A stretch of DNA of 64,000 nt from Candidatus Eiseniibacteriota bacterium (GTDB lineage: Bacteria > Eisenbacteria > RBG-16-71-46 > CAZAMP01). Each line of letters begins with the position of its first letter. Position 1 is the stretch's first letter. Location: the NCBI GenBank assembly GCA_965224245.1, contig OZ245046.1, forward strand, positions 1,088,001 through 1,152,000, given 5' to 3'. The notes under the pieces were generated by a model. It was not told the DNA's origin and ran no database searches. It saw only the letters and a list, made by a program, of their open reading frames with translations. The translations under genes were made by a program, and so were the position numbers. Shown one piece after another: positions 38,181 to 47,794 of this stretch.

Positions 38181-38483
38181 ATGCCACAGTTCGTCTTGAT
38201 GAGCCGCCTGGCTCCGGAAACGATGCACGATGCGGGGAAGCGTCGCACGCGCGGCCGCGAGTGGCTGCAGGCAGTGAAGGAGCACTGTCCCGAGGTGCAG
38301 TGGATCTCGCATCACGCGCTGCTCGGCCGGTACGACTTCATGGACATCTACGAGGCTCCCGACGTCGAGACCGCACAGAAGGTATCGATGATCTCGCGCT
38401 CGCACGGTGCGATCCTGGCCGAGAGCTGGCCGGCCATTCCATACGAGACGTATCTCGGGCTCATGGAGGACGTCGCGGGCTGA
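38181..38483 (+). CDS. GYD domain protein
   Basis: GGGAGG RBS; 'LLGRYDFMDIYEAPD..TA.KVS......G....E.WPA' pattern; 100 aa. Confidence 0.85.
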   Translation: MPQFVLMSRLAPETMHDAGKRRTRGREWLQAVKEHCPEVQWISHHALLGRYDFMDIYEAPDVETAQKVSMISRSHGAILAESWPAIPYETYLGLMEDVAG

Positions 38484-38647
38484 CCGGCGAGCCGGCCCGT
38501 GCGCGAGCCGGACCGTCGAGCGTCCATCCGCTCCCGGGGGCTCCGCCGGCCACGACGCGCTCGGGCGCACCTGGTAAACTCGTCGACGAGGTCGTCATCA
38601 CGCGTCCGGCGCCGGACGAACGGCGTTCGCATCGGGGAGGTCTCGCC

Positions 38648-40345
38648 ATGTCGACGGCACGCACGCGTGCGTGTTCGCGCGCATCGTTCGGATTCGCCTC
38701 GCTCGGGTTCGTGGTCCTCGTATCGGCGACGGCCGCGGGGGCGCTCACGCCGGTAGGCGTGCCGACCCAGGCGGGCAGCCAGCTCACCATCGCCTCGGAG
38801 ACCGATCTCGGCGCGGTCACGTCGATCACCCACGGTGGTGGGGGAGACGCGGGTATCGCGTCCGCCCCGATCCCGGGTGGGGCGCGGACCGGCACTCTTC
38901 TCTGGTCGCGACATCACGTGGATCCGATCTACACGTCCTGTGGGATCGCCGGGGCCGGCGGCCCCGTCTTCGCCGGCACGTACCTGAATGCGCCCCGTCA
39001 GGTGGAGGCGATTCCAATCGACGGTGACGGGACCCCGGACTGGGTCTCGGGGGGCACCGGGCTGTTCGTGGACGCCTCGCGGAGCGGACTCGTGCTGGCC
39101 GCGATCGACTTCGACGCGTCGGACTCCTCGGCCGTGATCAGCGAGTGGCGGCCCGGTTCGGCGACGCCGCTGTGGTCGTACACGGTTCACCCCTGCCGCT
39201 CGCTGACCTACCAGGGGTGGGCCAGTCGCAAGCCCATCCAGGTCTCCGACGACGGCTCGACCATCGCGGTCGCGGTGACGATGTACGTGGGCCCCGACCA
39301 GGTCGGTCGGCTCTTCGCATTCGAGGCGGGCAGCGGCACGCCGATCGTGGACTGGCCGTTCCCGAGCGGAAACGTGGTGGCCACCGCGATCAGTCCCGAG
39401 GGCGGGTTCGTGGCCATGGCCGGCTGGCCCACTCTGTACGTGTACGACGTCGCCGGAGACGCGCTGCGCTGGAGCGGTCCCATCGGATCCGGAAACGATG
39501 CGCTGGCCATCTCGGCGGCGGGGCAGTACGTCGCCTGGGGCTGGACCACGCTCTCGATCCGCACCTGGAACGGCACCTCGTACGCGCTGCACCACTCGAT
39601 GTCCGCGGGCGCAAGCACGTACGTCGGGCAGGTCGCTTTCTCCCCGGACGATCTCTTCGCCGTGACCTGGGACAACGGCAACACGACGCCCAACGCGGTG
39701 GCCGTGGAGACGTACGACCTGGCGACCCCGGCTCTCCGGTGGCACTACGACTACCAGGGCACGCCGCCGAGCACACACGTGGACATCCCATCCTCGATGC
39801 TCTTCACGGAGAGTGGCGATCACCTCGTGGTCGGATCCTGGGGCGGGAGCTTCCCAGAGGTGCACGTGTTCGACGCGCTCGACCCCGATCCGATCTACAC
39901 GCTGGACACGGCCGGATCGGTGTTCGACGTGGACGTCGTCGACGCCTCCGGAGGCGGGGTGCTCGTCTCCGCCTGCGGCAAGAGCGTCCACGCCGGGACC
40001 GGCGGTCGCGGAGGAGACCTGTATCTGATCGCGGTGACGCCGGTCGTGGCGGTCGAACCGGCTCCGCCCGGCGCTGGTCCCGAGCTCGTCTCCGGCCCGA
40101 ACCCCTTCCGGACCGGAACGACGATGCGATTCACGCTGCCCGCGGCGGTGCACTATACGCTCACGGTCCACGACGCAACCGGTCGTCTGCTCCGGCGCTT
40201 CGATGGTGCGAGCCCGACCGGTACGGGCACCGTGCACTGGGACGGGCGAGACGGATCCGGTCGCGCTGTCGCACCGGGCGTGTACTTCGCCCGGTTCGTG
40301 TCCGGGACCACCGAGCGGACCGAGCGCCTGACGCGGGCCCGGTGA
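38648..40345 (+). CDS. Secreted beta-propeller (WD40/YVTN-like) protein with FlgD-Ig C-terminal domain
   Basis: GGGGAGG RBS; signal peptide; 'AISPEG', 'AISAAG', 'AFSPD' blade repeats; 'PNPF...VHWDGRD..G...PGVYFAR'. Confidence 0.75.
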   Translation: MSTARTRACSRASFGFASLGFVVLVSATAAGALTPVGVPTQAGSQLTIASETDLGAVTSITHGGGGDAGIASAPIPGGARTGTLLWSRHHVDPIYTSCGIAGAGGPVFAGTYLNAPRQVEAIPIDGDGTPDWVSGGTGLFVDASRSGLVLAAIDFDASDSSAVISEWRPGSATPLWSYTVHPCRSLTYQGWASRKPIQVSDDGSTIAVAVTMYVGPDQVGRLFAFEAGSGTPIVDWPFPSGNVVATAISPEGGFVAMAGWPTLYVYDVAGDALRWSGPIGSGNDALAISAAGQYVAWGWTTLSIRTWNGTSYALHHSMSAGASTYVGQVAFSPDDLFAVTWDNGNTTPNAVAVETYDLATPALRWHYDYQGTPPSTHVDIPSSMLFTESGDHLVVGSWGGSFPEVHVFDALDPDPIYTLDTAGSVFDVDVVDASGGGVLVSACGKSVHAGTGGRGGDLYLIAVTPVVAVEPAPPGAGPELVSGPNPFRTGTTMRFTLPAAVHYTLTVHDATGRLLRRFDGASPTGTGTVHWDGRDGSGRAVAPGVYFARFVSGTTERTERLTRAR

Positions 40346-40572
40346 CGGGTCTCACGCGTTTCCCCTAGCCGCATCCGCGATTCCACGTATCGACGGGTGT
40401 CGCTTCCCGCTTGTACCTTCGTTGGCTTTGCCGATGAAGGGTGAGACGGCCGATTCGCTCGCGCCGTGCTCGTTCTCGCGCGGTGCGCGAGTGCCAGGGT
40501 CGAGTCTCGGCGCCTCGGGGCCGCAAACGCCGGCCGTCCGGGCTCCGGGAGGAGATCCCGCGGGGGGCAACG

Positions 40573-43413
40573 ATGGCTCAGGCTGCGACCCGTCCCCGTG
40601 GCGAGGCGGTCGCGGGACGGTTCCTGCGCGTGGTGACGGTCGTCACGTCGGTGATGGTGGTCGTCGTCGCGCTCGCATCCCCGGTGGCCGGTCAGGACGA
40701 CGAGCTTCCACCCGGCGCCGCCGACTGCCTCGACTGCCACGAGCCCGGACCCATGGAGCCGGTGGACGAAGGAGATCCCCCGTCCTTCGCCGCCCGGTCG
40801 TTGCTCGCCTCGCCTCACGCCGACTTCGAGTGCGTGGACTGCCACGCCGACGTCGACGTCGACGATCTTCCCCACGACGATGCGCTGGAAACGGTCGCCT
40901 GCGGCGACTGCCACGACGACGTCCAGGAGCAGTACGACGAGAGCCTCCATGGCGTCGCGGCCACCCGCGGCGATGCGCTGGCGCCCTCGTGCGCCGAATG
41001 CCACGGCAAGCACGACATCCTGCCCAGCCGCATCGTCGAGTCGCGGACATCCGCGATCAACGTGCCCGCCCTGTGCGGGGGCTGCCATCGCGAGGGATCC
41101 GAGGTGACCCGCACCCACGCGATCCCGGCCGATAGCATCCTCGCGAACTATAGCCAGTCCATCCACGGCGAGGGGCTGTTCAAGAAGGGTCTGGTGGTCA
41201 CGGCCGTCTGCTCCAGCTGTCACACGTCGCACTTCGTGCTGCCGCACGACGACCCGCGCTCGTCCATCTCCAAGGATCGCATCGCCGACACCTGTACGCA
41301 GTGCCACGCCCGGATCGAGGATGTGCACCGCAAGACGATCCGGGGCGAGCTGTGGGAGAAGCAGCCGCACATGATCCCGGCCTGCGTGGACTGCCACTCG
41401 CCCCACAAGATCCGCAAGGTCTTCTACACCCAGGGCATGGCCGACCGCGACTGCATGCGCTGCCACTCGCGGCACGACCTGGCATCGGAGACGGGCCTGG
41501 AGCCGGACGATCTGTGGGTGGACGCGACCGAGCTGTCGGCCTCCCGACACTCGCGCATCGCGTGCGTGCAGTGCCACACGGGCGGCACGCCGTCCATGGA
41601 TCGGCCGTGCGCCACCGTGGCCGAGGAGGTGGACTGCTCGGTCTGTCACAGTGAGGTCGTCGCGAACTACCAGACCAGCGTTCACGGGACGCTGGCGACG
41701 GAGGGCAGTCCTGACGCTCCACTCTGTGCCGACTGTCACGGGACGCACGGGACGAGAGGTCCCAACGACTCGGAGTCCCCGATCTTCTCTCGCAACATCC
41801 CCGAGCTCTGCGGGCATTGCCACCGGGTGGGGCAGAAGGCGGCCGTTCGCTACGCCGGCGCCGAAACCGAGGTGGTCGAGCACTACACCGAGTCGATCCA
41901 CGGCAAGGGGCTCCTCGAGAGCGGGCTGACCGTCACCGCTACCTGCGCCGACTGCCACACGGCACACGCCGAGCGACCCGCCGCCGACTCGGCCTCGACC
42001 GTGAACCGGGACAACATCGCTGCCACCTGTGGGCAGTGCCACCGCGGCATCTTCGAGCTGTTCTCCGAGAGCATTCACTCGCCGACCGTCTCCGAGACGA
42101 GCGAGAAGCTCCCCGTCTGCAGCGACTGCCACTCGGCGCACACGATCGAACGCACCGACGTGACCGACTTCCAGCTCCACATCATGGATCAGTGCGGCAA
42201 CTGCCACGAGGACATCGCCGAGAGCTACTTCGAGACCTACCACGGCAAGGTGTCGAAGCTGGGCTACGTGAAGACCGCCAAGTGCTACGATTGCCACGGA
42301 GCGCACGAGATCCTGCCCACGTGGGACTCCCGCTCGTATCTGAGCCGGGACAACATCGTGGCCACCTGCGGTCAGTGTCACCCTGGGTCGAACCGTCGCT
42401 TCGCGGGCTACCTGACCCACGCGACGCATCACGACCCGGACAAGTACCCGTTCCTGTTCTACACGTTCTGGGCGATGACGACGCTCCTGGTGGGAACGCT
42501 GACCATCGCCGGCGTGCACACCCTGCTGTGGGTGCCTCGCTCGATGCAGTTCCGCAGGAAGATCAAGGCCGTGGAGGCCGTCGGCGAGCATCGGTACATC
42601 CGGCGCTTCACCCGCTACAACTCGAAGCTGCACTTGATGGTCATCACGAGCTTCTTCGCGCTGGCCCTGACCGGCATGACGCTCAAGTTCTCGTACACGG
42701 GCTGGGCGCGCGTCCTGGCGAAGCTGTTCGGCGGCTTCGAGACCGCGGGCACGATCCACCGGGTGGCCGCGATCGTGACCTTCCTGTACTTCTTCCTTCA
42801 CGTCTGGGATCTGGTGCGCCGCAAGCGCGTCGAGGCCGGGGGCATGAAGCCGCTGCTTCGGGGCACGAACAGCATGCTCTTCAACAAGACCGACGTCCGC
42901 GAGTTCGTCGGGTCGCTGAAGTGGTTCTTCGGCCTGGGCCCGCGTCCGGACTACGGCCGCTGGACGTACTGGGAGAAGTTCGACTACTTCGCCGTGTTCT
43001 GGGGTGTGACCGTGATCGGGTGGACGGGTCTGCTCCTGTGGTTCCCCGAGCTGTTCACCCGGATCCTGCCCGGGTGGGCGCTCAACGTGGCCACGATCAT
43101 CCACTCCGACGAGGCGCTTCTGGCGGTCGGGTTCATCTTCACCATTCACTTCTTCAACACGCACTTCCGTCCCGAGAAGTTTCCGATGGATCCGGTGATC
43201 TTCACCGGTCGCATCCCGCTCGAGGAGTTCAAGCTGGATCGTCCACGCGAGTACCGGGAGCTCGTCCAGTCCGGCCGCCTCGAGAGCATGCTCGTCCCGC
43301 CGCCGTCCGAGGACTCGCTACGCATGTGGCGCACGTTCGGCTTCACCGCGCTCGCGATCGGGCTCACGTTGATCGCCCTGATCGTCTACGCGGAGGTCTT
43401 CGCGTACCGCTGA
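40573..43413 (+). CDS. Multiheme cytochrome c (19 CxxCH) fused to a cytochrome b membrane domain (CbcL-like)
   Basis: 19 CxxCH motifs counted; C-terminal 'RRFT...LH...ALTG', 'IHRVAA', 'YWEKFDYFAVFWG', 'IHSDEALLA.GFIFTIHFF'. Confidence 0.92.
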   Translation: MAQAATRPRGEAVAGRFLRVVTVVTSVMVVVVALASPVAGQDDELPPGAADCLDCHEPGPMEPVDEGDPPSFAARSLLASPHADFECVDCHADVDVDDLPHDDALETVACGDCHDDVQEQYDESLHGVAATRGDALAPSCAECHGKHDILPSRIVESRTSAINVPALCGGCHREGSEVTRTHAIPADSILANYSQSIHGEGLFKKGLVVTAVCSSCHTSHFVLPHDDPRSSISKDRIADTCTQCHARIEDVHRKTIRGELWEKQPHMIPACVDCHSPHKIRKVFYTQGMADRDCMRCHSRHDLASETGLEPDDLWVDATELSASRHSRIACVQCHTGGTPSMDRPCATVAEEVDCSVCHSEVVANYQTSVHGTLATEGSPDAPLCADCHGTHGTRGPNDSESPIFSRNIPELCGHCHRVGQKAAVRYAGAETEVVEHYTESIHGKGLLESGLTVTATCADCHTAHAERPAADSASTVNRDNIAATCGQCHRGIFELFSESIHSPTVSETSEKLPVCSDCHSAHTIERTDVTDFQLHIMDQCGNCHEDIAESYFETYHGKVSKLGYVKTAKCYDCHGAHEILPTWDSRSYLSRDNIVATCGQCHPGSNRRFAGYLTHATHHDPDKYPFLFYTFWAMTTLLVGTLTIAGVHTLLWVPRSMQFRRKIKAVEAVGEHRYIRRFTRYNSKLHLMVITSFFALALTGMTLKFSYTGWARVLAKLFGGFETAGTIHRVAAIVTFLYFFLHVWDLVRRKRVEAGGMKPLLRGTNSMLFNKTDVREFVGSLKWFFGLGPRPDYGRWTYWEKFDYFAVFWGVTVIGWTGLLLWFPELFTRILPGWALNVATIIHSDEALLAVGFIFTIHFFNTHFRPEKFPMDPVIFTGRIPLEEFKLDRPREYRELVQSGRLESMLVPPPSEDSLRMWRTFGFTALAIGLTLIALIVYAEVFAYR

Positions 43414-43717
43414 TCGTCGGTACGGACCCGACAGGACCCATCCGTCCAGACCCCGATCCGCCGCACGACCGGCGGCGGACGACACTGGGAGGATGCGTCG
43501 GCCCGGCTGCCCGCGGGCGAGCGGGCAGGTCACGAGGTCGACCTCCGGTCGCTCGCGCGGAGTTCACGCCGCACCGCGAACCCGGCACGTCGATGCTCGT
43601 CCGTCGGATGATGCGTGCGCGGACTTCGGGAAGTACCTAGATCGAAGCACGTACGACAACCGTTAGGATCGTCGCGCACACGACGAGATGACCCGTCGCC
43701 CACGATGGAGGGTCGGT

Positions 43718-44461
43718 GTGAGGATCTGGCGGTTTCCCGATCAAGTGCTCCGCTTGGGGATCGTACTCTCCATCCTCGTCGCCGCTCTGATCGCCGCCCG
43801 GATGTACTTCGTACCTCCCTCGTTCGGCGAGATCGGGCACTACCGCGCGGACGCCATCACGACCATCAAATCGCAGCCCATCCGATATGCCGGCACGCAG
43901 GTCTGTGCCGAGTGCCACGAGGACGAGGCCGAGACCAAGAATGCCTCGTACCACCGCACACTCTCCTGCGAGGTGTGTCACGGACCCGCCGCCGTCCATG
44001 CCGACGACCAGGACGCGCAGACCCCGATCATCCCGCGCGCGCGCGGTGAAGCCTGCCTCGCGTGTCACGAGTACCTCGAGTCTCGTCCGACGGGGTTCCC
44101 GCAGATCATCGAGGCGCGACACAATCCGCTGGAGCCGTGCATCGAGTGTCACGACCCGCACGATCCCACGCCGCCCGACGTGCCGAGCGCTTGCTCGGCG
44201 TGCCACGCGCAGATCGCACGCACGAAGTCGGTCTCGCACCACGTCTCGCTGGAGTGCGAGACGTGTCACGAGGTTCCGGCCGAACACCGGACCGAGCCGC
44301 GCGCGAATCTCCCGAGGAAGCCGACCACACGGGAGTTCTGCGGACAGTGTCATGGTCGGGACGCCGATCGGCGCTCGGACGTGCCCCGGATCGACCTGGC
44401 GACGCACGGCGGGCGGTATCTGTGCTGGCAGTGTCACTATCCCCACTTCCCGGAGAGCTAG
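43718..44461 (+). CDS. Membrane-anchored octaheme cytochrome c
   Basis: GGAGGG RBS before GTG 43718; N-terminal TM; 8 CxxCH motifs. Confidence 0.88.
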   Translation: MRIWRFPDQVLRLGIVLSILVAALIAARMYFVPPSFGEIGHYRADAITTIKSQPIRYAGTQVCAECHEDEAETKNASYHRTLSCEVCHGPAAVHADDQDAQTPIIPRARGEACLACHEYLESRPTGFPQIIEARHNPLEPCIECHDPHDPTPPDVPSACSACHAQIARTKSVSHHVSLECETCHEVPAEHRTEPRANLPRKPTTREFCGQCHGRDADRRSDVPRIDLATHGGRYLCWQCHYPHFPES

Positions 44462-44464
44462 CCC

Positions 44465-45223
44465 ATGAGCACCGACACCGAGCGGCGTGAGTTCATCCGC
44501 AAGATGGTGGAGCTGCAGGGCTCCATGGTGCTGCTGGCGACATGCGGCCCGCTGGCCTCCTCCGCCGCGGAGGGTGGGGAGTCGGCGGAGGCCGGGACCA
44601 CGTACGGCATGGGGGTCCAGGTCGACAAGTGCATCGGCTGCGGCAGATGCGTTCAAGCCTGCAAGGCCGAGAACGACGTGCCGGCCGAGCCGTTCTTCTT
44701 CCGGACCTGGATCGAGCGATACGTGCTGCACGCAGACGGCGAGGTGACCGTCGACAGCCCGAACGGAGGGGCGAACGGATTCAGGCCGCTGGAGGAGAGT
44801 GCCGACATCCTGCGCTCGTTCTTCGTGCCCAAGCTCTGCAATCAGTGCGACAAGCCGCCCTGCGTGCAGGTGTGTCCGGTCGGGGCCACGTTCAAGACCG
44901 AGGATGGGGTGATTCTGGTCGACAGCGACTATTGCATCGGTTGCCGCTACTGCATCCAGGCGTGTCCGTACGGCGCACGCTACCTGGATCCTCGGACGAA
45001 GACGGCCGACAAGTGCACGTTCTGCTACCACCGCGTGAAGGACGGGCTCCTGCCGGCCTGCGTGGAGGTGTGTCCGACCGGTGCGCGCGTCTTCGGGGAT
45101 CTGAACGCGTCGGCGAGCCCCCTTCGCCGATTGAAGCGCATGAGCGAGCTTCAGGTCCTGAAGCCGTCGCTCAACACCGAGCCGAAGGTCGAGTACTCGG
45201 GTCTGGACGGAGAGGTGATCTGA
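44465..45223 (+). CDS. Tat-exported 4Fe-4S ferredoxin subunit (NrfC/DsrO/TtrB family)
   Basis: 'RREFI' Tat motif; CIGCGRCVQAC, CNQCDKPPCVQVCP, CIGCRYCIQACP, KCTFC...PACVEVCP. Confidence 0.92.
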   Translation: MSTDTERREFIRKMVELQGSMVLLATCGPLASSAAEGGESAEAGTTYGMGVQVDKCIGCGRCVQACKAENDVPAEPFFFRTWIERYVLHADGEVTVDSPNGGANGFRPLEESADILRSFFVPKLCNQCDKPPCVQVCPVGATFKTEDGVILVDSDYCIGCRYCIQACPYGARYLDPRTKTADKCTFCYHRVKDGLLPACVEVCPTGARVFGDLNASASPLRRLKRMSELQVLKPSLNTEPKVEYSGLDGEVI

Positions 45224-45225
45224 GC

Positions 45226-46455
45226 ATGACCGAGCACCTGGAGCATCTCCAAGCCGTCGCGGGTCAGGTGACCGGCTACATCTACCCGAACGAGGTCGAG
45301 CTCCACTGGAGCCTCCTCGTGGTCCTGTATCCGTACATCACGGGGCTCGTGGCCGGGGCGTTCATCCTGGCGTCGCTGGAGAAGGTCTTCCGCGTGAAGG
45401 AGGTCGAGCCCACGTATCGCCTGGCCATGCTCACCGCCCTGGCCTTCCTCCTGGTGGCGCCGCTGCCGTTGCTCGCGCACCTCGGCCACCCCGAGCGGTC
45501 GTTCGCCATCTTCTTGACCCCGCATCTGCGCTCGGCGATGGCGATGTTCGGGTTCGTGTACGCGTGGTACCTGATGGTCGTGCTGCTGCTGGAGATCTGG
45601 TTCGAGTACCGGGCCGATCTCGTACGCTGGAGCGATCAGGGATCGGGTGCGCTCAAGTGGATACGCTGGATCCTCACGCTGGGGTCGCGCGATCTCTCCC
45701 CGAGCTCGGTGGCCTTCGACAAGAAGGCCGTGCACGTGATCACGCTCGTCGGTATCCCCTCGGCGTTCCTCCTGCACGGATACGTGGGGTTCATCTTCGG
45801 GTCGGTGAAGGCGAATCCGTGGTGGTCGAGCGTCCTGATGCCGATCGTGTTCCTCTTCTCGGCGATCGTCTCGGGCATCGCGCTGGTCCTGATCCTGTAC
45901 TACTTCTCGACGCTCATCCGGCGCAAGAAGCCCGACATGGCGTGTCTCGACAAGCTCGCGTCGTTCCTGTTCTACATGTTGATCATCGATCTCTCGCTGG
46001 AAACGCTCGACTTCATCCATCGCCTCTACGAATCCGAGGAGTCGATCGGCATCCTGTCGTCGTTGATCGTGAACAAGCTCCGGGTGAGTCTGACCATCGT
46101 GCAGATTCTCCTGGGTACGCTGACGCCGCTGGTGCTCCTGGCCATCGCGCGGTTCTCCCAGCTGCCCGCCGAGCTCAAGCGCGTGGGGTACTTCATCGCG
46201 GCGCTCCTGGTGCAGGTCGGCATCTTCAGCACGCGCTGGAACGTCGTCATCGGGGGGCAGCTGTTCTCGAAGAGCCTTCGCGGTCTCACCGAGTACAAGA
46301 TGGAGCTGGGGGGCATCGAAGGGCTCTTCACCGCGATCGGGCTGTTCATCCTGCCGTTCCTGATCCTGGTGGTGCTGATCAAGCTCCTGCCCCCGTGGGG
46401 GGATGAGGGCGAGGAGTCGGCCGCAGACGCCGTTCGCTCCGCTCCGGCGAGCTGA
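45226..46455 (+). CDS. NrfD/PsrC-family quinol-interacting membrane subunit
   Basis: 'W...VLYPYITGLVAGAF', 'HLGHPERS', 'LHGYVGFIF', 'RWNVVIGGQ'; many TMs; directly follows the NrfC-like gene. Confidence 0.92.
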   Translation: MTEHLEHLQAVAGQVTGYIYPNEVELHWSLLVVLYPYITGLVAGAFILASLEKVFRVKEVEPTYRLAMLTALAFLLVAPLPLLAHLGHPERSFAIFLTPHLRSAMAMFGFVYAWYLMVVLLLEIWFEYRADLVRWSDQGSGALKWIRWILTLGSRDLSPSSVAFDKKAVHVITLVGIPSAFLLHGYVGFIFGSVKANPWWSSVLMPIVFLFSAIVSGIALVLILYYFSTLIRRKKPDMACLDKLASFLFYMLIIDLSLETLDFIHRLYESEESIGILSSLIVNKLRVSLTIVQILLGTLTPLVLLAIARFSQLPAELKRVGYFIAALLVQVGIFSTRWNVVIGGQLFSKSLRGLTEYKMELGGIEGLFTAIGLFILPFLILVVLIKLLPPWGDEGEESAADAVRSAPAS

Positions 46456-46537
46456 GGCGGAACGACTTCGGCCCCGGGCTCGGCCTCGATCGCCGGCTCC
46501 ACGACGATCCCCGAGGCCGATCGCGTCGCGCCTCGCC

Positions 46538-47602
46538 TCAAAGCGGCTTGGGCGGTCGGACGCCGGACCGGTCGCCGTCCCGATGGCCCTGCTCGATGCG
46601 TCCGATCTCGGTGACCGAGCCGTCCGCCCGTGCCGATCGCCGTGCGTGTCTCTGGAACGCCGCCGCCACGAGCTGCCGCGTGAAGCCGACGTGACCGGCC
46701 GGATCGTTCAGGAGGCAGAGATCGGCACTCCCGGCATCCGCCGGGGGATAGTAAACCCCGCAGTTCGGGTTGATCTCCAGCATGTGCGGGGCACCCGAGG
46801 CGTCGACGCGGAGATCGCAGCGACCGAAGCTCGCGCCATCCAGTGCCACGAAGAACCGCGCCGAGGTGTCCCGGAGGCGACGGTCGAGCACGTGGTCGGT
46901 CACCGGCCGCGCGTGCATCCGGTCGTAGCTCACCCATTTGAGGTTCGCGTGCTTGAAGTGCTCGCCGGGTGGGAACGCGTACTGGATCGGCTGGTACGTC
47001 GTGGGGTGCCGGGGGTCGTCGGGGCTCTCGGCCACGAGCACCGTGCACTCGATGCCGTCGACGTACTCCTCGATCAGGGCGGTGCCGTGGCGGGACATGA
47101 TCTTCCGCGCCTGACGGCGAAGGCCGGCGGGCGAACGGACCCGCGACGCCCGGCTCAGATCGACGCTGGCGTAGCTGCTGTGGTGCTTCACGAAGAGGGG
47201 AAACCGCAAGGACTCCGCGGCACGCTCGACGTCGGCGTCGTCGTGGGCGAAGACGTATCGCGGCGTGGCGATCCCGACGTCGCGGCAGGCGCGCTTCATC
47301 GCCTCGCGCGAGGGCTCGTAGAACGCCGAGGTGGCTCCCACGAAGGGAACGCCGGCCGCCTCCAGGGTGTGGACGACCTCGATGCCCGGGATCTTCTGGT
47401 CCGCGGCACCGTCACACAGATTGAAGAAGAGGTCGTGGCCCCGGGCGAGCTGCCGGGTGACCTGCTCGACGGCGCTCCGGTACCGGAGCGTCTCCAGGTG
47501 CCAGCTCGCCTCGGGTAGATAGGGCCGCGGATCGCAGGGCCAGTCGTCGGCGGGAAACGGGTCGGCGTCCAGATGCTGGGTCGTCAGCAGGCAGATTCGC
47601 AT
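46538..47602 (-). CDS. D-Ala-D-Ala-ligase-like ATP-grasp protein
   Basis: 'FFNLCDG', 'FPLFVKH', 'LIEEYVDGIECTV', 'GRCDLRVD...MLEINPNCG'. Confidence 0.8.
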   Translation of the reverse strand: MRICLLTTQHLDADPFPADDWPCDPRPYLPEASWHLETLRYRSAVEQVTRQLARGHDLFFNLCDGAADQKIPGIEVVHTLEAAGVPFVGATSAFYEPSREAMKRACRDVGIATPRYVFAHDDADVERAAESLRFPLFVKHHSSYASVDLSRASRVRSPAGLRRQARKIMSRHGTALIEEYVDGIECTVLVAESPDDPRHPTTYQPIQYAFPPGEHFKHANLKWVSYDRMHARPVTDHVLDRRLRDTSARFFVALDGASFGRCDLRVDASGAPHMLEINPNCGVYYPPADAGSADLCLLNDPAGHVGFTRQLVAAAFQRHARRSARADGSVTEIGRIEQGHRDGDRSGVRPPKPL

Positions 47603-47721
47603 GCGCGGGGTCCGAGCTCCGTTTCCGCGTTCTCGCCAGGCGCCGTTCCGACGCCCGTCGGCGCCGAGCATCGCACGACTCGACTGACCACCGTGATCGC
47701 ACCCGGATGCCGGTGCTTCGA

Positions 47722-47766
47722 TTGATGACGTTCTGCATCTTTGCCCGATGATGCAAAACGAGTCAA
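47722..47766 (-). promoter_or_regulatory. Putative sigma70 promoter overlapped by a palindromic operator
   Basis: Minus strand TTGACT-N18-AAAGAT; TGCATC-N10-GATGCA inverted repeat with outer CGTT/AACG and TTGA/TCAA arms. Confidence 0.45.
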
Positions 47767-47794
47767 GGGATCGAAGACGATGCTGCGCGATGGC

